Of a stretch of 22,175 nucleotides of DNA, positions 16,044 through 22,175 are shown piece by piece. This DNA comes from a virus (lineage: Duplodnaviria > Heunggongvirae > Uroviricota > Caudoviricetes). Both the position numbers and the translations under genes were made by a program. The stretch lies in the IMG/VR virus record IMGVR_UViG_2534682074_000009, one strand, 5' to 3'. Positions within the stretch are counted from its first letter, which is position 1, and every line of letters starts with the position of its first letter. Below the pieces are notes generated by a model that was given only the letters and a program-made list of their open reading frames with translations, did no database searches and was not told the origin of the DNA.

Positions 16044-16325
16044 ATGACAGCAGAAGAAAAAAGCGTCCTATCGCTTTTCATGATTGGGGTGCTGATTGTT
16101 GTCGGCAAGGTGCTTGCCGGTGGTGAACCCATCACTCCGCGTCTGTTTATCGGGCGCATGTTGCTCGGTGGTTTTGTCTCGATGGTTGCCGGTGTTGTTC
16201 TGGTGCAGTTTCCTGACCTGTCACTGCCTGCGGTGTGCGGCATCGGCTCCATGCTGGGTATCGCCGGTTATCAGGTGATTGAGATTGCCATTCAGCGCCG
16301 CTTTAAGGGCAGGGGGAAACCGTAA
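16044..16325 (+). CDS. Y: Holin (P2 gpY-like)
   Basis: 93 aa with hydrophobic transmembrane segments, first gene of the lysis cassette; stop overlaps the K start. Confidence 0.85.
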   Translation: MTAEEKSVLSLFMIGVLIVVGKVLAGGEPITPRLFIGRMLLGGFVSMVAGVVLVQFPDLSLPAVCGIGSMLGIAGYQVIEIAIQRRFKGRGKP

Positions 16326-16822
16326 TGCCGGTAATTAGCACACATCAGAATATCGCCGCCTTTCTCGACATGCTGGCCGTGTCCGAAGGGACGGCGAATC
16401 ATCCGCTGACGAAAAACCGGGGCTATGACGTGATAGTCACCGGACTGGACGGGAAGCCGGAAATTTTCACCGACTACAGTGACCACCCGTTCGCACATGG
16501 CCGACCGGCGAAGGTGTTTAACCGTCGCGGTGAAAAATCCACGGCCTCCGGTCGCTATCAGCAGCTTTACCTGTTCTGGCCGCATTACCGCAAACAGCTT
16601 GCCCTGCCGGATTTCAGTCCGTTGTCACAGGACAGACTTGCCATTCAGTTGATCCGCGAACGCGGTGCACTGGATGACATCCGGGCGGGACGCATTGAGC
16701 GCGCCATTTCACGCTGTCGCAATATCTGGGCGTCCCTGCCGGGTGCCGGTTACGGTCAGCGTGAGCATTCACTGGAAAAACTGGTCACCGTCTGGCGTAC
16801 CGCTGGCGGCGTACCGGTTTAA
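16325..16822 (+). CDS. K: Endolysin (P2 gpK-like)
   Basis: 165 aa directly downstream of the holin, soluble; position and size as P2 K. Confidence 0.85.
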   Translation: MPVISTHQNIAAFLDMLAVSEGTANHPLTKNRGYDVIVTGLDGKPEIFTDYSDHPFAHGRPAKVFNRRGEKSTASGRYQQLYLFWPHYRKQLALPDFSPLSQDRLAIQLIRERGALDDIRAGRIERAISRCRNIWASLPGAGYGQREHSLEKLVTVWRTAGGVPV

Positions 16823-16836
16823 ACGGAGTAAACACC

Positions 16837-17262
16837 ATGAAGAAATTATCCCTTTCACTGATGCTGAACGTGTCGCTGGCGCTGATGCTGGCACTGTCCC
16901 TGATTTACCCGCAGAGCGTGGCCGTCAATTTTGTCGCCGCCTGGGCGATTCTGGCGACGGTTATCTGTGTGGTTGCCGGTGGTGTCGGCGTGTATGCCAC
17001 TGAGTATGTGCTGGAACGCTACGGGCGGGAGCTTCCGCCGGAATCGCTGGCCGTGAAGATTGTCACGTCGCTGTTTTTGCAGCCGGTGCCGTGGCGCAGA
17101 CGGGCGGTGGCTCTGGTGGTGATGGTGGCGACGTTTATCTCGCTGGTCGCTGCCGGGTGGATTTTTACCGCGCTGATTTATCTCGTGGCGTCGGTGTTCT
17201 TCCGGCTGATACGTACGGCCTGCCGTCAGCGTTTTGAGGGGCGGGAACCATGTCAAAGCTGA
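16837..17262 (+). CDS. lysA: Lysis-timing membrane protein LysA-like
   Basis: 141 aa, multiple hydrophobic helices, GGAG SD; position after K. Confidence 0.8.
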   Translation: MKKLSLSLMLNVSLALMLALSLIYPQSVAVNFVAAWAILATVICVVAGGVGVYATEYVLERYGRELPPESLAVKIVTSLFLQPVPWRRRAVALVVMVATFISLVAAGWIFTALIYLVASVFFRLIRTACRQRFEGREPCQS

Positions 17263-17675
17263 TGATTGTGATGGTTGTGCTGTTATCGCTGGCGGTGGCG
17301 GGGCTGTTTCTGGTGAAGCATGAAAACGCCAGCCTGCGCGCCTCGCTGGACAGGGCGAACAGCGTCGCCAGCGGGCAGCAGACGACCATCACCATGCTGC
17401 AAAATCAGCTTCATGTTGCCATCACCAGGGCAGACAAAAACGAGCTGGCGCAGGTGGCACTGCGTCAGGAACTGGAGAACGCCGCGAAGCGTGAAGCACA
17501 GCGCGAGAAAACCATCACGAGGTTACTTAATGAAAACGAAGATTTTCGCCGCTGGTACGGTGCTGACCTGCCTGATGCTGTGCGCCGGTTGCACCAGCGC
17601 CCCGCCTGCACTGACGCCAGTGATTGTCCCCAACGCCTGCCCGAAAGTGAGCCTTTGCCCGATGCCGGGCAGTGA
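17250..17675 (+). CDS. lysB: Inner-membrane spanin component (LysB / Rz-like)
   Basis: 141 aa with an N-terminal TM segment (LMIVMVVLLSLAVAGLFLV) followed by a charged coiled-coil-like region. Confidence 0.8.
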   Translation: MSKLMIVMVVLLSLAVAGLFLVKHENASLRASLDRANSVASGQQTTITMLQNQLHVAITRADKNELAQVALRQELENAAKREAQREKTITRLLNENEDFRRWYGADLPDAVRRLHQRPACTDASDCPQRLPESEPLPDAGQ

Positions 17676-17820
17676 CCCGGAGACGAACGGCGATTTAAGT
17701 GCCGATATCCGGCAGCTTGAGAACGCGCTGGCACGCTGTGCCAGCCAGGTAAAAATGATTAAACACTGTCAGGACGAAAACGATGCTCAAACCCGACAGC
17801 CTGCGCAGGGCACTGACTGA
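17530..17820 (+). CDS. lysC: Outer-membrane lipoprotein spanin component (LysC / Rz1-like), embedded in lysB
   Basis: 96 aa from MKTKIFAAGTVLTCLMLCAGC (signal peptide ending in Cys, proline-rich mature part), in the +1 frame relative to lysB and running past its end. Confidence 0.7.
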   Translation: MKTKIFAAGTVLTCLMLCAGCTSAPPALTPVIVPNACPKVSLCPMPGSDPETNGDLSADIRQLENALARCASQVKMIKHCQDENDAQTRQPAQGTD

Positions 17821-18250
17821 TGCCGTCACGGTGCTGAAAACTAACCCCGAGATGCTGCGGATATTCGTGGATAACGGGAGTATTGCCTCCACACTGGCGA
17901 CGTCGCTGTCATTCGAAAAGCGTTACACGCTCAATGTGATTGTGACCGACTTTACCGGTGATTTTGACCTGCTCATTGTGCCGGTGCTGGCGTGGCTGCG
18001 GGAGAATCAGCCCGACATCATGACCACCGACGCAGGCCAGAAAAAGGGCTTCACGTTTTATGCAGACATCAACAATGACAGCAGCTTTGATATCAGCATC
18101 AGCCTGATGCTGACCGAGCGCACGCTGGTCAGTGAGGTGGACGGCGCACTGCATGTGAAGAATATCCCGGAACCCACGCCGCCGGAGCCGGTCACCCGCC
18201 CGGTGGAGCTTTATATCAATGGCGAACTGGTGAGCAAGTGGGATGAATGA
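17783..18250 (+). CDS. R: Tail completion protein (P2 gpR-like)
   Basis: 155 aa; position and length as P2 R; overlaps the lysC end. Confidence 0.85.
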   Translation: MLKPDSLRRALTDAVTVLKTNPEMLRIFVDNGSIASTLATSLSFEKRYTLNVIVTDFTGDFDLLIVPVLAWLRENQPDIMTTDAGQKKGFTFYADINNDSSFDISISLMLTERTLVSEVDGALHVKNIPEPTPPEPVTRPVELYINGELVSKWDE

Positions 18251-18695
18251 GTTTAAGCGTTTTGAAGACCGGCTGACCGGACTGATTGAATCGCTGTCAC
18301 CGTCAGGGCGTCGGCGACTGAGCGCCGAACTGGCGAAACGTCTGCGGCAGAGTCAGCAGCGTCGGGTGATGGCTCAGAAAGCCCCGGACGGCACACCCTA
18401 CGCGCCACGCCAGCAGCAGAGCGCCAGAAAAAAGACTGGTCGTGTTAAGCGAAAAATGTTTGCGAAACTTATCACCAGTCGTTTTTTGCATATCCGCGCC
18501 AGCCCGGAACAGGCATCAATGGAGTTTTACGGCGGGAAGTCACCGAAAATCGCCAGCGTGCATCAGTTCGGTCTGTCGGAAGAAAACCGGAAAGACGGTA
18601 AGAAAATTGATTATCCGGCGCGTCCTCTGCTCGGCTTTACCAGTGAGGATGTGCAGATGATTGAAGAGATTATTCTGGCTCACCTCGACCGTTAG
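18243..18695 (+). CDS. S: Tail completion protein (P2 gpS-like)
   Basis: 150 aa; ATGA overlap with the R stop. Confidence 0.85.
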   Translation: MNEFKRFEDRLTGLIESLSPSGRRRLSAELAKRLRQSQQRRVMAQKAPDGTPYAPRQQQSARKKTGRVKRKMFAKLITSRFLHIRASPEQASMEFYGGKSPKIASVHQFGLSEENRKDGKKIDYPARPLLGFTSEDVQMIEEIILAHLDR

Positions 18696-18761
18696 TTGTG
18701 CCATTCCCGACACCTCATCGTCACATTGCCGCCGGTATGACCCGGCGGCATCCTTCCCGTT
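18696..18761 (+). promoter_or_regulatory. S-V intergenic region: candidate late promoter with hairpin
   Basis: TGT at 18697-18699, 12 nt, then ACC (imperfect TGT-N12-ACA); an 8-bp-stem hairpin GCCGCCGG / CCGGCGGC lies further downstream in the same gap. P2 has a late promoter before V. Confidence 0.3.
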
Positions 18762-19397
18762 ATGAACACTCTCGCAAATATTCAGGAACTCGCGCGCGCA
18801 CTGCGCAACATGATCCGCACCGGCATTATCGTCGAAACCGACCTTAACGCCGGTCGCTGCCGTGTGCAGACCGGCGGCATGTGCACCGACTGGCTTCAGT
18901 GGCTGACCCATCGCGCAGGACGTTCGCGCACATGGTGGGCACCTTCCGTGGGGGAACAGGTGCTGATTCTGGCCGTGGGCGGTGAACTCGACACGGCGTT
19001 CGTTCTGCCGGGGATTTATTCCGGCGATAACCCCGCGCCGTCTGCGTCGGCGGATGCCCTGCATATCCGTTTCCCTGACGGGGCGGTGATTGAGTATGAA
19101 CCCGAAACCAGTGCACTCACGGTAAGCGGAATTAAAACGGCCAGCGTGACGGCTTCTGATTCTGTTACTGCCACGGTACCGGTGGTCACGGTGAAAGCGT
19201 CAACCCGTGTCACCCTGGACACACCGGAAGTGGTCTGCACTAACAAACTGACTACCGGCACGCTGGAAGTGCAGAAGGGCGGGACGATGCGCGGCAACAT
19301 TGAACACACCGGCGGTGAACTCTCATCAAACGGTAAGGTACTGCATACCCACAAACACCCCGGCGACAGCGGCGGCACAACCGGGAGTCCTTTATGA
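18762..19397 (+). CDS. V: Baseplate spike / central hub protein (P2 gpV-like)
   Basis: 211 aa; first gene of the baseplate operon. Confidence 0.9.
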   Translation: MNTLANIQELARALRNMIRTGIIVETDLNAGRCRVQTGGMCTDWLQWLTHRAGRSRTWWAPSVGEQVLILAVGGELDTAFVLPGIYSGDNPAPSASADALHIRFPDGAVIEYEPETSALTVSGIKTASVTASDSVTATVPVVTVKASTRVTLDTPEVVCTNKLTTGTLEVQKGGTMRGNIEHTGGELSSNGKVLHTHKHPGDSGGTTGSPL

Positions 19398-19741
19398 CAG
19401 CGCGTTATCTCGGAATGAATCGCAGTGATGGCCTGACGGTCACTGACCTTGAGCATATCAGCCAGAGTATCGGCGATATCCTGCGCACACCGGTCGGCTC
19501 ACGGGTGATGCGTCGTGATTACGGCTCGTTGCTGGCATCAATGATTGACCAGCCGCAGACCCCGGCGCTTGAGTTGCAGATTAAGGTCGCCTGTTACATG
19601 GCGGTGCTGAAATGGGAACCCCGCGTCACCCTGTCATCCGTCACCACGGCGCGCAGTTTTGACGGGCGAATGACGGTCACGTTAACCGGTCAGCACAACG
19701 ACACCGGCCAGCCACTTTCGTTAACCATCCCTGTGAGTTGA
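19394..19741 (+). CDS. W: Baseplate wedge protein (P2 gpW-like)
   Basis: 115 aa; start overlaps the V stop; GGGAG SD. Confidence 0.9.
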   Translation: MTARYLGMNRSDGLTVTDLEHISQSIGDILRTPVGSRVMRRDYGSLLASMIDQPQTPALELQIKVACYMAVLKWEPRVTLSSVTTARSFDGRMTVTLTGQHNDTGQPLSLTIPVS

Positions 19742-19745
19742 AACC

Positions 19746-20654
19746 ATGCCGATTATCGACCTGAACCAGCTACCCGCACCGGATGTGGTCGAGGAGCTGG
19801 ACTTTGAAACCATTCTTGCCGAACGCAAGGCGACACTGATTTCCCTTTACCCGGAAGACCAGCAGGAAGCGGTCGCCCGTACCCTGACGCTGGAATCTGA
19901 GCCTCTCGTCAAACTGCTGGAGGAAAATGCTTATCGTGAGCTTATCTGGCGTCAGCGTGTGAATGAGGCTGCGCGGGCGGTGATGCTGGCCTGTGCCGCC
20001 GGTAATGACCTTGATGTGATTGGTGCCAATTACAACACCACGCGCCTGACTATCACCCCGGCAGATGATTCGACCATCCCGCCGACACCGGCAGTGATGG
20101 AGTCTGACACCGATTATCGTCTGCGTATTCAGCAGGCGTTTGAAGGTTTAAGCGTCGCCGGGTCGGTGGGAGCCTATCAGTATCATGGTCGCAGTGCCGA
20201 CGGGCGCGTCGCAGATATCTCTGTCACCAGTCCGTCTCCGGCCTGCGTCACCATCTCTGTGCTGTCACGTGAAAATAACGGTGTTGCATCCGAAGACCTG
20301 CTGGCCGTGGTGCGTAACGCCCTTAATGGCGAGGACGTCAGGCCGGTGGCCGACCGCGTGACCGTGCAGTCTGCCGCCATCGTTGAATACCAGATAAACG
20401 CCACGCTTTACCTTTACCCTGGCCCCGAAAGCGAACCCATCCGCGCTGCCGCCGTGAAAAAACTGGAAGCGTACATCACGGCACAGCACCGGCTGGGGCG
20501 CGACATCCGTCTGTCTGCCATTTATGCCGCTTTGCATGTTGAAGGCGTGCAGCGTGTCGAACTGGCTGCACCACTGGCCGACATCGTGCTCAACAATACG
20601 CAGGCGTCTTTCTGTACCGAATACAGCGTCGTGACCGGAGGCTCGGATGAGTGA
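19746..20654 (+). CDS. J: Baseplate protein (P2 gpJ-like)
   Basis: 302 aa following W. Confidence 0.9.
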   Translation: MPIIDLNQLPAPDVVEELDFETILAERKATLISLYPEDQQEAVARTLTLESEPLVKLLEENAYRELIWRQRVNEAARAVMLACAAGNDLDVIGANYNTTRLTITPADDSTIPPTPAVMESDTDYRLRIQQAFEGLSVAGSVGAYQYHGRSADGRVADISVTSPSPACVTISVLSRENNGVASEDLLAVVRNALNGEDVRPVADRVTVQSAAIVEYQINATLYLYPGPESEPIRAAAVKKLEAYITAQHRLGRDIRLSAIYAALHVEGVQRVELAAPLADIVLNNTQASFCTEYSVVTGGSDE

Positions 20655-21258
20655 TTCGCGACTGCTGCCGACCGGCTCATCACCGCTTGAAGTTGCCGCC
20701 GCAAAAGCCTGTGCGGAAATTGAAAAAACGCCGGTCAGTATTCGTGAGCTGTGGAACCCGGACACCTGCCCGGCAAATCTGCTGCCGTGGCTGGCGTGGT
20801 CATTTTCGGTTGACCGCTGGGATGATAAGTGGCCGGAAGCGACAAAACGCGCTGTTATCCGCGATGCGTATTTCATTCACTGCCATAAGGGCACCATAGG
20901 CGCAATCCGGCGTGTGGTGGAGCCGCTTGGCTATCTGATTGAGGTGAGGGAGTGGTGGCAGCTCAACGAGGAGCCGGGGACGTTCCGCATCGTTGTTGGC
21001 GTGCTTGAGCAGGGTATTACCGAGAAAATGTATCAGGAGCTGGAGCGCCTCGTTGCTGATGCAAAACCGGCGAGCCGCCATCTGACGGGACTGGCTATCA
21101 GTTTAAGTACAACCGGCAACATTTTTGCCGGTGCGGGATGCTATCACGGTGACGCCCTGACGGTTTATCCCTACACCCCGGAGGCCATTATTGTCGGAGG
21201 GGATTATTTCCCGGCCTCGGCCATTCATTTAATTGATAACCTGAGAGTAAACGCATGA
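20647..21258 (+). CDS. I: Baseplate protein (P2 gpI-like)
   Basis: 203-aa ORF overlapping the J stop; precise start not verified. Confidence 0.8.
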   Translation: MSDSRLLPTGSSPLEVAAAKACAEIEKTPVSIRELWNPDTCPANLLPWLAWSFSVDRWDDKWPEATKRAVIRDAYFIHCHKGTIGAIRRVVEPLGYLIEVREWWQLNEEPGTFRIVVGVLEQGITEKMYQELERLVADAKPASRHLTGLAISLSTTGNIFAGAGCYHGDALTVYPYTPEAIIVGGDYFPASAIHLIDNLRVNA

Positions 21259-22175
21259 CAGTGAAATACTACGCCATTCTGACTAATCAGGGCGCAGCAC
21301 GGCTGGCTAACGCGACGATGCTCGGCAGTAAGCTGAATCTGACGCAAATGGCCGTTGGTGATGCGAATGGTGTCTTGCCGACACCAGACCCGGCACAGAC
21401 AAAACTGATTAATCAGAAACGCATTGCACCGCTGAATCTTCTGAGTGTTGACCCGAACAACCAGAGCCAGATTATTGCGGAGCAAATCATCCCTGAGAAC
21501 GAGGGCGGATTCTGGATCCGTGAGATTGGGCTTTATGATGATGAAGGCGTACTCATTGCGGTGGCGAACTGCCCGGAAACGTACAAACCGCAGTTACAGG
21601 AAGGCAGCGGTCGTACCCAGACTATCCGCATGATTCTGGTTGTCACGAATACCGAAGCTATCACGCTGAAAATCGACCCGTCGGTGGTACTGGCGACCCG
21701 TAAATACGTGGATGATGAAGTCCTGGAATTAAGGCTGTATGTGGATGACCAGATGAGAAACCACATTGCCGCACAGGACCCTCATACCCAGTATGCCCAG
21801 AAACATAATCCGACATTTACCGGAGAACCAAAAGCGCCGACGCCTGCCGCAGGAAATAACACCACGCGGATTGCGACTACTGCGTTTGTTCAGGCCGCTA
21901 TTACCGCTCTGATTAACGGTGCGCCTGCCACGCTGGATACACTGAAAGAAATTGCCGCAGCCATTAACAATGACCCGAAATTCAGCACCACCATTAACAA
22001 TGCGCTGTCAGGTAAGCAACCACTGGATGAGACGCTGACTCATTTGAGTGGAAAAGATGTGGCTGGTCTTCTCGCATACCTTGGTTTGGGAGAAGCGGCA
22101 AAACGGGATGTGGGTAACGGGCAAAACCAAATTCCTGATATGTCAGCGTGGGAGTGTGGGGGAGATACAACGACG
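21255..22175 (+). CDS. H: Tail fibre protein (P2 gpH-like), N-terminal part; truncated by window end
   Basis: ATGA overlap with the I stop; the ORF stays open to the last base of the window (about 307 codons visible; MTVKYYAILTNQGAARLANA...). Not in the ORF track because it has no stop within the window. Confidence 0.8.
   Translation, partial: MTVKYYAILTNQGAARLANATMLGSKLNLTQMAVGDANGVLPTPDPAQTKLINQKRIAPLNLLSVDPNNQSQIIAEQIIPENEGGFWIREIGLYDDEGVLIAVANCPETYKPQLQEGSGRTQTIRMILVVTNTEAITLKIDPSVVLATRKYVDDEVLELRLYVDDQMRNHIAAQDPHTQYAQKHNPTFTGEPKAPTPAAGNNTTRIATTAFVQAAITALINGAPATLDTLKEIAAAINNDPKFSTTINNALSGKQPLDETLTHLSGKDVAGLLAYLGLGEAAKRDVGNGQNQIPDMSAWECGGDTTT

Noticed and set aside
16855-17256. 133-aa Arg/His-rich minus-strand ORF antisense to lysA
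   Set aside because: Composition artefact antisense to a hydrophobic membrane-protein gene; no RBS.
1-22175. Looked for CRISPR arrays, tRNA/rRNA genes and IS elements with terminal inverted repeats
   Set aside because: No regularly spaced direct repeats with unique spacers, no cloverleaf-like tRNA candidates, and no transposase ORF were seen. A small structured RNA in the 6270-6850 AT-rich gap cannot be excluded by eye.

Overview
This window is the left ~22 kb of an integrated P2-like temperate myovirus prophage, read from the integrase stop codon into the tail-fibre gene. Gene order, orientations, overlaps and protein lengths follow the P2 layout almost gene for gene: int and C on the minus strand; cox, B, four small orfs and replication gene A on the plus strand; a cos site; Q and P on the minus strand; then O-N-M-L-X, the lysis cassette Y-K-lysA-lysB/lysC, and R-S-V-W-J-I with the start of H on the plus strand. 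The one part that does not look like phage core is 5776-9326, between the gene A stop and cos, which is where P2 itself carries tin and old. Here that slot holds visibly AT-rich cargo: (i) a 37-codon hydrophobic mini-ORF with a perfect Shine-Dalgarno and a terminator, bracketed by 14-bp direct repeats; (ii) a stand-alone ImmA/IrrE-type HEXXH metallopeptidase with its own promoter-like signals; (iii) a predicted two-transmembrane-helix protein; and (iv) a convergent 313-aa minus-strand protein of no family I recognise, carrying one R-x4-H (HEPN-like) motif. I regard this cargo as the candidate undescribed anti-phage or addiction locus. All calls come from reading the sequence and from memory of P2-family biology; no database search was run, and remembered P2 protein lengths and the cos sequence should be verified.
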